64,000 nt of DNA from Candidatus Nanohaloarchaea archaeon (GCA_013343275.1 CP046106.1:64001-128000); one strand, 5' to 3'; counted from the first letter of the stretch, positions 49,763 through 59,334 are shown. A program made the numbers and translations. Notes: generated by a model not told the origin, from the letters alone.

Positions 49763-50509
49763 ATGCCTCAACAGAAAAGACAGACAGCAAAACTAACGAA
49801 CACGGACGAACTGAATTCAGGTAAATACTTTCAGAAAGAGGGATTCACTCCTAACTACCTTCTAACGCCTGAAGGAAGAAGACTTTCACGTGCACGGCTC
49901 GTGGCTACCGTAGTCGACACTTTCACGAATGAAGACGAAACATACGGATCGATAACACTGGACGACGGCCGAGATACGACCCAGGTCAAGTTCTTCAACG
50001 ACATAGACGATGTCCAGGAGTATGATGAAGGCGATATTGTTGAGGCTATCGGCAAGGTTAGAGAGTACCAGGGCCAGATCTACATGGATGCAGAAGTCCT
50101 AAAACAGGTTTCTGTCGAGAAAGAGCTCCTTCACCAGCTCAAGTACCGGAAGACCATGGAGGAATGGAGCCAGATAAGAGATACTGTCAAACAGCTTAAG
50201 GAATCCGGTAAAGATCAGGAAGATATCGAGAAAGAAATGGCCGGTAAACTTGATGAGGAAGAGGTCGACTCCCTGCTTCAGAGCTTTGGCGAGAGCTTCT
50301 CAGTATCTGAAACACAGGAAGATATCGAGAACCTGGAGAAAGACGTACTTGACGCAGTAGAGAACCTGGACGAAGGAGAAGGAGCAGACTACGCTGACAT
50401 CGTCGACGAACTCGACGAACCAGAGGACAAACTCGAAGACACAATCAACGGCCTACTCAGCGATGGAACCTGCTACGAACCAAAGCCGGGGAAGATCAAG
50501 AAGCTTTAA
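49763..50509 (+). CDS. RPA32-like OB-fold protein with C-terminal winged helix
   Basis: TLDDG, IGKVREY, L.DG.CYEPKPG. Confidence 0.8.
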   Translation: MPQQKRQTAKLTNTDELNSGKYFQKEGFTPNYLLTPEGRRLSRARLVATVVDTFTNEDETYGSITLDDGRDTTQVKFFNDIDDVQEYDEGDIVEAIGKVREYQGQIYMDAEVLKQVSVEKELLHQLKYRKTMEEWSQIRDTVKQLKESGKDQEDIEKEMAGKLDEEEVDSLLQSFGESFSVSETQEDIENLEKDVLDAVENLDEGEGADYADIVDELDEPEDKLEDTINGLLSDGTCYEPKPGKIKKL

Positions 50510-50512
50510 CTT

Positions 50513-51091
50513 ATGACTTCTGAGTCTCACGAACGTCTGTTTGAAGAAGTAAAGGCTATTAATGAGACGCAGGTTTCTTGGCTAGAGACCATCTATCAAA
50601 ATATTCACAAGAATCTTCGATTTAATCTACTCTTTCTCTCTATTCTGATTGGAGCAGGTACAGTGGCTGCAGAGGCAGGCTATTTTAATTTTTCAGAAAG
50701 TCTAAATCCGATGTTGAAGTGGGGTATTGTCTCCATGACTTCTGGTATTGCATTATCTGCTATCCCCTACTTCCAGGCCGAAAGGAGATTCATGGTTAAC
50801 GGTGATGAAATAATTGAGATATTGGAAGCAGATGTTGGTCAGCAAGGCTGGGTTGAAAGTCAATTAGAGGATTATGCGGAATCCATAGATAGGAATGAGA
50901 AGTTCTTGAGATTCAAGAGCGGTGTCTTGCTAGTATCACAACTCCTTTTCATCGGTTCGGTAATTTTGATACTTTCCGGCATACTGCATCTTTATAATAC
51001 GCATCTAGCAGGGTTGATGTTAGGAATACCAACGATTATAGCTGTTATAGCTCTAATTTTAGAATTACTTTACACTGATCCGCTTTGGTAG
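50513..51091 (+). CDS. hypothetical AT-rich membrane protein (3-4 TM)
   Basis: 192 aa; atypical codon usage. Confidence 0.65.
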   Translation: MTSESHERLFEEVKAINETQVSWLETIYQNIHKNLRFNLLFLSILIGAGTVAAEAGYFNFSESLNPMLKWGIVSMTSGIALSAIPYFQAERRFMVNGDEIIEILEADVGQQGWVESQLEDYAESIDRNEKFLRFKSGVLLVSQLLFIGSVILILSGILHLYNTHLAGLMLGIPTIIAVIALILELLYTDPLW

Positions 51092-51145
51092 GCCTGATAA
51101 ATTAAGAAACTTCCCTTCTATTCTTTGGTATAAGAGGCGATAAAA

Positions 51146-51544
51146 ATGGATTATGATGATTTACTGGAGAAGGGCCGTGAAGAGGTCTCTGAGGAGGAAG
51201 GTTCTGCTGAGAGGTTTGAGATGCCTGAGGTCAAGAGCCGTAAGAAAGGTTCAAACACTGCTATAGAGAATTTCTCGGAGATTGCTGATAAGCTGGGTCG
51301 TGATGAGAAGCATCTTTCAAAGCATATTCAGAGCGATCTAGGTACTTCGGGCCAGATTGAAGGCAGTGAACTGGTTCTGAACGGCGAGTTCCGTAGAGGC
51401 CATGTTCAGTCCAAGGTAGAGGATTACGCCGAGGATTATGTGATCTGTCCGGAGTGTAACAGGCCGGATACGAAGCTTACGAAGGAGAAAGGCGTTGAGA
51501 TCTTGAAGTGCCAGGCCTGTGGCGCTCGAACAGTTGTAGAATAG
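51146..51544 (+). CDS. eif2b: translation initiation factor aIF2 beta
   Basis: ERFE.P, NF..IA..L.R, C..C.RPDT, C.ACGA. Confidence 0.95.
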   Translation: MDYDDLLEKGREEVSEEEGSAERFEMPEVKSRKKGSNTAIENFSEIADKLGRDEKHLSKHIQSDLGTSGQIEGSELVLNGEFRRGHVQSKVEDYAEDYVICPECNRPDTKLTKEKGVEILKCQACGARTVVE

Positions 51545-51628
51545 GTTTTTCTCCCTTCTTTTTCTCCACTCTTTTATTCCACTTCTTTAAAGCTTGGGTT
51601 GTAACCGGTTGTTATAGGTGTAAAAATT

Positions 51629-51841
51629 ATGGACGGACAAGAAGCATCACCGGAACAGGCAATGCAGATGATCCAGCAGCGACTAAACGATCTTCAGCTA
51701 ACACTTCACGCCCTTATGAGCGTACTAGATGAAGATGACATGATCGACCAGGAGAGGATCAACGAGAAGGCACAAGAGATCGTTGAGAACCTGGAAGAAC
51801 AGCAGGAAGCTGGTGGACCACAGCCAGAAGACCTAGAATAA
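51629..51841 (+). CDS. hypothetical small protein
   Basis: 70 aa with an AGGTGT SD and T-rich terminator. Confidence 0.7.
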   Translation: MDGQEASPEQAMQMIQQRLNDLQLTLHALMSVLDEDDMIDQERINEKAQEIVENLEEQQEAGGPQPEDLE

Positions 51842-51907
51842 CAGTTTTCTAGGCCTCTTCACTGAATTTTTCTCTACATATTTCTCTTAATTTTCTTCCA
51901 ACTGACT

Positions 51908-52660
51908 CTAGAAATCTTCAGGATCAAGATCTCCCTTGTAAACTTCCTGATAGTAGTCGCATTCTTCAGGCCAGATACAGTTCTCGCAGTCAGGATTCTG
52001 AGCCTTTGCGGTATCACGGCCGTACTCGATCATCAAACGATGCAGCTCGTACTTGATATCATCAGGAACTTTCTCCTCAAGTATATCGTGGGCCTTCTCT
52101 CTGCCTGCGTTACGTGGAATAAGGCCTAGTCTCTTTGAAACTCGGTGGACGTGCGTATCCACGGGGAAAACAGGTTTCTTGAAGTAGAAGCACAGAATTA
52201 TTGCTGCCGTCTTCGGCCCGACACCTGGGATCTTTGTCAGCCAGTCCTTGGCCTCGTCAACACTCATATCCTCAAGGAACTCAAGAGAATACCTGTCTTC
52301 GTCCGGAAATCCTGTCCCCGAGTTTTCTTCTGAACCAGGAACACTCCCAGAGTTTCGCTCATCCTCTCTGACAATCTTCAAGGCTTCCTGAATTCTCTCA
52401 GCCTTAGTTGGTCCAAGCCCTGCAATTCTGATAGTATCGACAAGTTCCTCGTAGTCAGCGTTCTCAACTTCCTCCCACGAATCGTATTCTTCTTTCAGCT
52501 GCTTGAAGGCCTTGTCGCGGTTAATGTCGTTGGTGTTCTGCGATAGAATGGTTTCGACAAGGTAGTCAACGCTGCTCTTCTCCTCTGAAGGCTCTGGTGG
52601 TTCGCCGTATCTCACCTTCAGTCTGCGGTTAAGCTCCCGGATTTTCTCTTCTTCGTTCAT
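51908..52660 (-). CDS. nth: endonuclease III (HhH-GPD)
   Basis: ILSQNT.D, IPGVGPKTA, FPVDTHV.R; first Cys of the FeS motif replaced. Confidence 0.92.
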   Translation of the reverse strand: MNEEEKIRELNRRLKVRYGEPPEPSEEKSSVDYLVETILSQNTNDINRDKAFKQLKEEYDSWEEVENADYEELVDTIRIAGLGPTKAERIQEALKIVREDERNSGSVPGSEENSGTGFPDEDRYSLEFLEDMSVDEAKDWLTKIPGVGPKTAAIILCFYFKKPVFPVDTHVHRVSKRLGLIPRNAGREKAHDILEEKVPDDIKYELHRLMIEYGRDTAKAQNPDCENCIWPEECDYYQEVYKGDLDPEDF

Positions 52661-52692
52661 AAAGATGTGTCGGTTAGACAGATTTTTATGGT

Positions 52693-53193
52693 TCAAAGAC
52701 TGTCCTGGAAGAAAGGATCCTGTTTGTCTGCTAGAGTCAGCATAGTATTGTAGAACTGGCTGTCGTAGAAATCGGAGTCCTCATCTACCTGTAGAACAAG
52801 TTCTCCGTTCTTCTTGGCACGCCCATCAAGAACGTGAAGGAACTGGAAGAAGTTCTTGTCGCCGCCATTCGATTCCATAAGCTCTGCCGCATCATCAAAA
52901 TTGTTGAAATAGGTTAGTACATCATCACAGTTCTCATAAAAACCGGAGGCTCTCATACCTGCACCGGTCAGATCGTTGTAGTCAACAGCGTCAACAGTAT
53001 CGACATCTAGTTCCCGGGGATCGGCCTCAGGAAACTCGGGGTGACGCATCTCGATACCTGCAAAATTTCTGCCTGGGCTATATTCTCCGCCGTCACGGAA
53101 ATGAAAGCCTAGAACGCCATCCATGCCTTCCTGATCCGCATACTCGAGGGCAGAATCGTAGCTTTCTTCCTCCGAAACAATATGAAACTTCAT
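52693..53193 (-). CDS. hypothetical protein resembling haloarchaeal RecA/KaiC-like inactive ATPase folds
   Basis: NDLTG.GM, FFQFLHVL.GR, TM..L.D motifs. Confidence 0.55.
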   Translation of the reverse strand: MKFHIVSEEESYDSALEYADQEGMDGVLGFHFRDGGEYSPGRNFAGIEMRHPEFPEADPRELDVDTVDAVDYNDLTGAGMRASGFYENCDDVLTYFNNFDDAAELMESNGGDKNFFQFLHVLDGRAKKNGELVLQVDEDSDFYDSQFYNTMLTLADKQDPFFQDSL

Positions 53194-53232
53194 ATCAAAC
53201 TCAGTAATCCAAAAACATATAAAGCAAATTGT

Positions 53233-54114
53233 TTACTTTAGAGTCACAAATCCTGTGCTGTAGAGTGCCTCCAGGTCAGGCCTGTTGGGATCAAAGCCTC
53301 CTAGGTACTCTCCAGGAAGATCCTTACACAAACTGCGCTCGCCCACGAGAAAAACATGCTCGTGATCAGGAATTGCCTCTCTGACGTTCTCCAGATGTCC
53401 TTCGATCTGCTCTTCCCTCTTCTTCTCGAAACGGCCCTGCGAGAAACCACCGCTAGAATGCTGACGGTTAACACGATCCTTAACATGCTCGATAACTTCC
53501 AGTTCTCCGGAAGCCTCACGGAAAACCTTGGTGTCGCCGGCAGAGGCTTTTACCCAGACTTTCTCCATCTCGATAAATTCAGAGACCTGATCCAGCTCGA
53601 AACTCTGGCCCGAAAACCATTCTGCCTGGAAGAAAGGCCTGAAATCCAGGAAAATATCGAAAACCTGATCCTCATCAAACAGGTATACCCCCGAGTCATC
53701 GATCTCTCTGAACTGATCTCCTGTAATCGAGTTCTTCAAACCGCTCAAATCACCGAGATCATTCCTATCGCCGGTATGATACACTGTGGCGAGGTCTCCT
53801 ACAGGAGAGTTTATGGAGTCAAGCTTGGAGATAACTCTGCGGGCCTCGTCAAATGAGAGATCCCTCCTCTCGGACTCTTCCTCGGCGTCTTCCTCTTTCT
53901 CCGTGCTTTCTGATTTAAGGCCTTCTAGCTTGTCCTCCAGCCTGTTGGCTCTCTCCTCGGCCTCCTGCTTTTTCTTTGAAAGTTTGCTTCTGCGTTCCTC
54001 CTCTGCCTCAAATCTGTTCCTCCACTTTTCTTTCTCCTCTTCCAGTTCCTCTATCCTATTCTCGAGTTCCTCTATTTTCTCCTCTTTCTCGTTTTCAGAG
54101 TTCCAGGGCCACAT
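53233..54114 (-). CDS. Vms1/ANKZF1-like release-factor-fold protein (archaeal VLRF1) with N-terminal coiled coil
   Basis: HSSGGFSQGRFEKKREEQ catalytic-loop motif. Confidence 0.85.
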   Translation of the reverse strand: MWPWNSENEKEEKIEELENRIEELEEEKEKWRNRFEAEEERRSKLSKKKQEAEERANRLEDKLEGLKSESTEKEEDAEEESERRDLSFDEARRVISKLDSINSPVGDLATVYHTGDRNDLGDLSGLKNSITGDQFREIDDSGVYLFDEDQVFDIFLDFRPFFQAEWFSGQSFELDQVSEFIEMEKVWVKASAGDTKVFREASGELEVIEHVKDRVNRQHSSGGFSQGRFEKKREEQIEGHLENVREAIPDHEHVFLVGERSLCKDLPGEYLGGFDPNRPDLEALYSTGFVTLK

Positions 54115-54222
54115 AACTACGTGTTTTCGGCCTCAGTATTTACAGGGTTTGGTGTTTCTACTGCTGGAAAACAAAAACCCTTTTAAATTTCGTTAGGGGA
54201 ATTCTGTAATAGTGGTAAAATA

Positions 54223-54516
54223 ATGCCCGAAATGACTGTTGAGGAACTTCAAGCGGATTCAGATGATGTTGAAATCAAAGGAACGATCAAAAAGCTTCCA
54301 ACCCCTAGAGCAGTATCAACTCAGTACGGCCAGAAAAGAATTACTACAGTAGTATTCGAAGATGATACAGGAGAAATCGACCTGACGCTCTGGGAAGAAG
54401 AGATCGATGCGATCGAGGAAGGAGCCGACGTAGTAATTGAAGGCGGATACGTCCGTGAATGGGCTGACGACCTCCAACTCAACATCGGAAGAGACGGCAA
54501 CATAGAGCAGGCATAA
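54223..54516 (+). CDS. ssb: single OB-fold ssDNA-binding protein
   Basis: DDTGEI.LTLW, GYV.EW...LQLNIGR.G. Confidence 0.85.
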   Translation: MPEMTVEELQADSDDVEIKGTIKKLPTPRAVSTQYGQKRITTVVFEDDTGEIDLTLWEEEIDAIEEGADVVIEGGYVREWADDLQLNIGRDGNIEQA

Positions 54517-54627
54517 ACTTTCGGGCCTGACCAGTATCCTTTTTCTTCCATATCTCTATTCTCTATTTCTATATTAGACGCTCACCACCGAAACAGATTT
54601 AAATTTGTGACTCGCTGGTAATAATAG

Positions 54628-55392
54628 GTGTCTCTGGTGTCAAAATCAACATTCGGCTACGGTAGCTTGATACTACCAACTTCAGTAATAGCCAGATTTG
54701 ATGATGATATAGGCCCGGCTAAACCTATCTACGATGAAGGTAAGACGCTGGGAGATGAAGGTCTTCTCAGGGATGAAGCCGTAGAGGCCTGGAAGAATGA
54801 GAAGGAGAAAGACGACGGCATCGAGATGGTGCCGGTAAAAATCCCTGGTTTCAGGAGGAATTATACTCTGGAGAAGTATGGGGGAACGATGCTGGAGGGA
54901 GAATCTGGAGACAGAGATGACTTTATCAACGGCGTAGTTATCAGAGGCCTTACCGACGAACAGTACGAAGGTATAGCAAGCACAGAGAACTACGGCAGCG
55001 AAGAGGTGCCTCCTGAAGAGATTGAGAGCTATGTTGATGGGCTTGAGATCGATGAGCCTGTTACTCTCTACACTGAGAGCGTGGATGATCGTTCCGACTA
55101 CTTCACTTCCAGAACCCGTCAGCCGACATACCATGCCAGAATACTGAAAGGCATAGAGATGCTGGGCGAAATGTATGGAGAGGAAGTAGCTCAGGAGTTT
55201 CTGGACGACTTCGAGGAAAACACCTATGAGAATCCGGTTCCTGGCAACTCCTTCAGTGAGGAGACGCCAGAGGATGACAGAAGAGAACTTAGATCAGAGC
55301 TTATGAACACGGTAAGAGCGCAGGACAGATCAATTCAGGGATTCAAGAACCTGATCGAAGGAATCGACCAGGACTACCAGCAGGCCCGCTAA
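54628..55392 (+). CDS. gamma-glutamylcyclotransferase-like protein
   Basis: N-terminal FGYGSL, GFRR, NGV, Y...I..G. Confidence 0.65.
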   Translation: MSLVSKSTFGYGSLILPTSVIARFDDDIGPAKPIYDEGKTLGDEGLLRDEAVEAWKNEKEKDDGIEMVPVKIPGFRRNYTLEKYGGTMLEGESGDRDDFINGVVIRGLTDEQYEGIASTENYGSEEVPPEEIESYVDGLEIDEPVTLYTESVDDRSDYFTSRTRQPTYHARILKGIEMLGEMYGEEVAQEFLDDFEENTYENPVPGNSFSEETPEDDRRELRSELMNTVRAQDRSIQGFKNLIEGIDQDYQQAR

Positions 55393-55466
55393 ACCCATTT
55401 TATCATCTTTCTTCTCTAACTCGAAAATAGTAAGACTTTTTGAAACTCAACCTTCACGGTAACAGT

Positions 55467-56552
55467 ATGGGCCTTGAAGACGAGATTCAGCGAGTAGAGG
55501 ATAAGCTTGAAGAGACTCCTGTAAACAAGGCGACCGAAAAAGAAAGAGGCCGACTGAAGGCCCGTATCGCCGAGCTGAAGGAGGAGAAGCAGCAGAAACA
55601 GAAAGGAACCGGCGAGACCTCAGGCTACGCAGTGAAGAAACAGGGAGATGCAACAGTGGCCCTGGTAGGATTTCCATCGGTAGGAAAGTCCACGCTTCTG
55701 AACCAGTTGACGAACGCAGACTCGGATACAGGGGCCTATGAGTTCACAACTCTCGATGTAGAGCCTGGCATGATGAAGCACAGAGGCGCCAATATCCAGA
55801 TACTTGACGTACCCGGACTGATCGGGGGTGCAGCAGAAGGCCGTGGAGGCGGAACGCAGGTACTTTCCGTGGTCAGGAACGCTGATCTCGTGCTGGTAAT
55901 GCTTGATCCCGAGGAGATGCGTTACGATAAGATTACCGGCGAGTTATACGATGCTGGTATCAGGGTTAACATGAGCCCGCCGGACATGAAGGTGGAGAAG
56001 AAAGGCCGTGGAGGAATCAACATATCTACAACAGTTGATCTTGATATCGAAGAGGATACTATCAAGCAGCTCATGCAGCAGAAAGGATATACTAATGCAG
56101 AAGTCGTGATTAGGGAAGAACTGGACCTCGACAGATTCATCGATGGACTGATGAGAAACAGGAAATACGTGCCGGGAATAACTGCGGTTAACAAGATGGA
56201 CTTGCTCTCTGACCCGGAAAGAGAGGAGTACAAGGAGAAGTACGATTTACTGATCTCAGCAGAAGAGGGAAAGAACCTCGACGAGCTCAGAGACATGATA
56301 TTCGAAAGCATAGGCCTTATCAGGATCTACATGAAGGAGAAAGGAGAGGAACCTGACAGGGAGGATCCGCTGATCCTTAGAGAGGGAGATACTGTTGAGA
56401 ACGCTCTTGAAGTACTGCCCGGAGATATGAAGGACCGGTTCAAAAAGGCCAAAGTTACGGGCGAAAGCTCCAAATTCCCTGAACAGAAGGTAGGCATGGA
56501 TCACGAACTTATGGACGAAGACATACTCGAACTCAACCTCCGCCACGTATAG
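55467..56552 (+). CDS. DRG/Rbg1 GTPase with TGS domain
   Basis: GFPSVGKST, YEFTT, DVPG, NKMD, H.L.D.D. Confidence 0.95.
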   Translation: MGLEDEIQRVEDKLEETPVNKATEKERGRLKARIAELKEEKQQKQKGTGETSGYAVKKQGDATVALVGFPSVGKSTLLNQLTNADSDTGAYEFTTLDVEPGMMKHRGANIQILDVPGLIGGAAEGRGGGTQVLSVVRNADLVLVMLDPEEMRYDKITGELYDAGIRVNMSPPDMKVEKKGRGGINISTTVDLDIEEDTIKQLMQQKGYTNAEVVIREELDLDRFIDGLMRNRKYVPGITAVNKMDLLSDPEREEYKEKYDLLISAEEGKNLDELRDMIFESIGLIRIYMKEKGEEPDREDPLILREGDTVENALEVLPGDMKDRFKKAKVTGESSKFPEQKVGMDHELMDEDILELNLRHV

Positions 56553-56649
56553 CCGAAATCTTCTTAGAACAGGCCTTATTCTCTATAAAGTGATTAAAAC
56601 CCTTCAAACATCGATTAGTTTATAAGAGTTGACCTCGGCTTTTCACTTG

Positions 56650-56763
56650 ATGATGGAGTCCGAATTCATGGACGAAGCCGGAAGACAGATCCCGGTAGAG
56701 TTCAACAACGAAGGAATCCATATGAAGATTTTCTCCTACGTTAAAGGCCTAGTCAAAGCATAA
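56650..56763 (+). CDS. putative 37-aa small protein (MMESEFMDEAGRQIPVEFNNEGIHMKIFSYVKGLVKA)
   Basis: Below the ORF cutoff; TTTATAA box about 25 nt upstream (leaderless), host-like codons, T-tract downstream. Confidence 0.55.
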   Translation: MMESEFMDEAGRQIPVEFNNEGIHMKIFSYVKGLVKA

Positions 56764-56935
56764 GTTTTCGGCCCTTTAACCTCTCTATTTATTTTTCTAT
56801 TACCTTTATCGTATTTCGCTGTCAAAAATTCTGCTGGGGAACTAGATAGGGAATGAAAATTAGGGAATAAGAACGGAGAAATTCCGGAAATAGAAGAATT
56901 TCCTGTGAATACAGAAACTCTCCGAGTTTCGAATT

Positions 56936-57313
56936 TTACTCCTCTACAGGTACTGCGTTGACAACTCCGTTCTGTCCAGGCCTGGAAGTAATCTTGGCCT
57001 TTCCTTCGGAGGTCTCAACGATGGTTCCTTCTGTAAGTAGAGATCTTCTGACGAAGTTAGGGTTCGCAGGGTTCTCAACTACAGCCTCGATCTCTGCCTT
57101 CTTAACCTCTCCATCCTCAGCAAGGTTAACTGTCTCAGATCTCTTTGCTCTGACCTTTGTAGTATTACCCCTAGCATCCTTCACTGTAATTCTCTGCTCT
57201 CCTACCTCTGGTTCGGAGAACTCTGATCCTAGATCGTATTTTCGAGATTTCCTGTATCTACGGGTTTTACCGCCCGTCTTCTTAGTCATTGATCTTTTAT
57301 GCCAAACAGCCAT
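56936..57313 (-). CDS. rps8e: 30S ribosomal protein S8e
   Basis: K.TGG, R.RK..LG, RGN..K, NPAN..F.R, TSRPGQ.GVVNAV. Confidence 0.97.
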   Translation of the reverse strand: MAVWHKRSMTKKTGGKTRRYRKSRKYDLGSEFSEPEVGEQRITVKDARGNTTKVRAKRSETVNLAEDGEVKKAEIEAVVENPANPNFVRRSLLTEGTIVETSEGKAKITSRPGQNGVVNAVPVEE

Positions 57314-57444
57314 AACACCAGTTCATGCGTAAAAATTTATAAAGAATCTTGATATCGAGGCCTCAAAAACCCTTGCAATCGATGGCCTCAAGTTAGGTTT
57401 ATATAAGTTGTCAGGGTTCTGTATGTTTACAGGTGTTCTAAACA

Positions 57445-57684
57445 ATGGCAGATAACAAGAGGCCTTTTGACGTTCTAGATGGGGCCAAGCAAGGAAACGT
57501 ACTAGTAAAGCTAAAAGCATACGGAAGAGATCAGGAACCTACAGTTTCAGGAGAACTTCAGGCATTTGACAAGCATCTTAACATCTGGCTTGAGAATGCT
57601 TCCGTAAAGACAGAAGATGGACAGACAGACTACGGAAAGCTCTTCGTCAGAGGAGACAACGTACTGTTCGTCAGTCCAGAATAA
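57445..57684 (+). CDS. Lsm (Sm-like archaeal protein)
   Basis: RPFDVL, G.L.AFD.HLN, RGDNV.FVSP. Confidence 0.93.
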   Translation: MADNKRPFDVLDGAKQGNVLVKLKAYGRDQEPTVSGELQAFDKHLNIWLENASVKTEDGQTDYGKLFVRGDNVLFVSPE

Positions 57685-57701
57685 ATTAACGTGATCATAC
57701 A

Positions 57702-57863
57702 ATGGGATTGAACAAAGGTAAACGGAACAAGAAAAGCCACGGCAAATGCCGCAGATGTGGCAAGAAAGCCTTCCACCTCAGAAAGAAGGAATGCGCAGCA
57801 TGTGGCTTCGGAAAGACCTCGAAGAGAAACGACTTTGACAAGGCAAAGCCACGGAAAGACTGA
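57702..57863 (+). CDS. rpl37e: 50S ribosomal protein L37e
   Basis: Not in ORF track; [42 protein letters not shown]; conserved lsm-rpl37e linkage. Confidence 0.95.
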   Translation: MGLNKGKRNKKSHGKCRRCGKKAFHLRKKECAACGFGKTSKRNDFDKAKPRKD

Positions 57864-58084
57864 TGGCAGAATTCGAAGTAATCCTGTTAACTGAATCCGG
57901 CGACTTCCTGCTGGAGAAGGAAGAACACCTGCACAGAGAGGGTAAAGGGGTAGAGGCTCAGCAACCGCACGTAATGACGGAAGACGAGAAAGCCCACCGG
58001 ATTGCGGCCCACGAAATATTCGTCCCTTACAGCTCTCTACAGAACATTCAGTTCGGTAATTTCGAGCAGGAAACCGTTGACTAA
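57863..58084 (+). CDS. hypothetical small protein
   Basis: 73 aa, coupled to rpl37e (TGATG). Confidence 0.65.
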   Translation: MAEFEVILLTESGDFLLEKEEHLHREGKGVEAQQPHVMTEDEKAHRIAAHEIFVPYSSLQNIQFGNFEQETVD

Positions 58085-58135
58085 CAGGGATTACTTAAAT
58101 TCTACCATCTCATTTTTCTACATACCTTACCATAA

Positions 58136-58209
58136 GGGCTCGTAGCTCAGTCTGGCAGAGCACCGGCCTTTTAAGCCGGTAGTCGCGGGTTCAAATCCCG
58201 TCGAGCCCA
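58136..58209 (+). tRNA. tRNA-Lys (UUU)
   Basis: Acceptor GGGCTCG/CGAGCCC; anticodon arm CCGGC-CTTTTAA-GCCGG; GTTCAAATC T-loop; no intron, no encoded CCA. Confidence 0.96.
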
Positions 58210-58222
58210 ATCGTTATTCAGA

Positions 58223-58624
58223 TCATTCTTGAGGGAAAGGTCTTTCTGGTTCGATAGCTTCAACAGGATACCTATCTACTAGCTCTATAATGCTTTCCGG
58301 TTCCGGAAGTTTGAGTGTGTAAGAATGAAATCCAAGAGGATCCAGTAAATATTTTTGTCCTTCAAGCTCTATTGAAGCAGTCTGTTTAAGATTTCTCTCC
58401 TCCTTGTGAATATCGTCCGAGCTTCTATCGGACGATTCAATGGGAGATCCTTGAGCTAAGTCTAATCCCTCATAATCCGGAATCAGCTCATTCACAGATT
58501 GGGAATCTTCGAAACGGATAAAAACCTCTACGCCTCCCCTTTCGAAAAACTCCTCGAACTCGCTGTCAAAGTAGTCTAAGTCATATTCCTCCTCAACCTT
58601 ATCGAGGTTAAAATCTAGAGACAT
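58223..58624 (-). CDS. hypothetical acidic protein
   Basis: 133 aa ORF between the two tRNA genes. Confidence 0.65.
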   Translation of the reverse strand: MSLDFNLDKVEEEYDLDYFDSEFEEFFERGGVEVFIRFEDSQSVNELIPDYEGLDLAQGSPIESSDRSSDDIHKEERNLKQTASIELEGQKYLLDPLGFHSYTLKLPEPESIIELVDRYPVEAIEPERPFPQE

Positions 58625-58691
58625 AGAGCTTTATACTGTATCAAATATTAAATCTGTGGCTACGTAGTATGGATTCTAGAGTAATTTCTCT

Positions 58692-59165
58692 CTAGAACTG
58701 GAAGCTTCTTTTGATCATTCTTGTGATACGTGTCATCTTGGCGGATAGATCCAGGTTCCGGATGATTGCCAGGCCTGCTGTGGCTTTTTCTCCGGCGATT
58801 TCCTGCTCAAGTACTCCGCCCATCTCAAGCTCCTCGGCGATGCTCAATGCAGGTATCACCATTAATATGTCCAGCCAGTGATCTTCCACAAATTTTGTGT
58901 TCGACTTCGCCAGCCGGAAACCTATTCCCAGTCGGGCTGCGAAGAAGACTATCACAATCCAGTTAAAGTAGTTGATATAGGCCTCTGCAGTTGATCCGAG
59001 ACTGAAGAACTGGAAAAATACTACAAAGGCCATCAGGATCAGTGCAAGAGGCAGAAAATAATCCAGTACAGACTTCAGACGGGAGGCCGACTTCTTGGAG
59101 GTAATCAGGCTTACGGACTCCTCAACGTTCCGAACCTTTTCGCCGTACTCATCATTCAGTCCCAC
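58692..59165 (-). CDS. ion-channel voltage-sensor-like membrane protein without a pore domain
   Basis: S2-like NW.V...F, S3-like FV..HWLDIL..IP, basic S4-like K..R..R..KR. Confidence 0.55.
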   Translation of the reverse strand: MGLNDEYGEKVRNVEESVSLITSKKSASRLKSVLDYFLPLALILMAFVVFFQFFSLGSTAEAYINYFNWIVIVFFAARLGIGFRLAKSNTKFVEDHWLDILMVIPALSIAEELEMGGVLEQEIAGEKATAGLAIIRNLDLSAKMTRITRMIKRSFQF

Positions 59166-59259
59166 TACAGAGAATAATTAGATAAAACCCGAATAAAAAT
59201 AATGTGCCGTGGCGTTGCATTAAAAATACTTACCCGTCAACACTACTACACAGCCCAAA

Positions 59260-59334
59260 GGACCGGTAGCTTAGCCAGGTTATAGCGCCACGCTGATAAC
59301 GTGGAGATCCCCAGTTCAAATCTGGGCCGGTCCA
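59260..59334 (+). tRNA. tRNA-Ile (GAU)
   Basis: Acceptor GGACCGG/CCGGTCC; anticodon arm CCACG-CTGATAA-CGTGG; GTTCAAATC T-loop. Confidence 0.96.

Noticed and set aside
57423-57455. Out-of-frame uORF overlapping the lsm start (MFTGVLNNGR)
   Set aside because: No SD of its own, no hairpin, no stop/start coupling; cannot be told from chance.
58210-59259. Separate mobile islet between tRNA-Lys and tRNA-Ile
   Set aside because: No att duplication or recombinase found, and CpG content is host-like.
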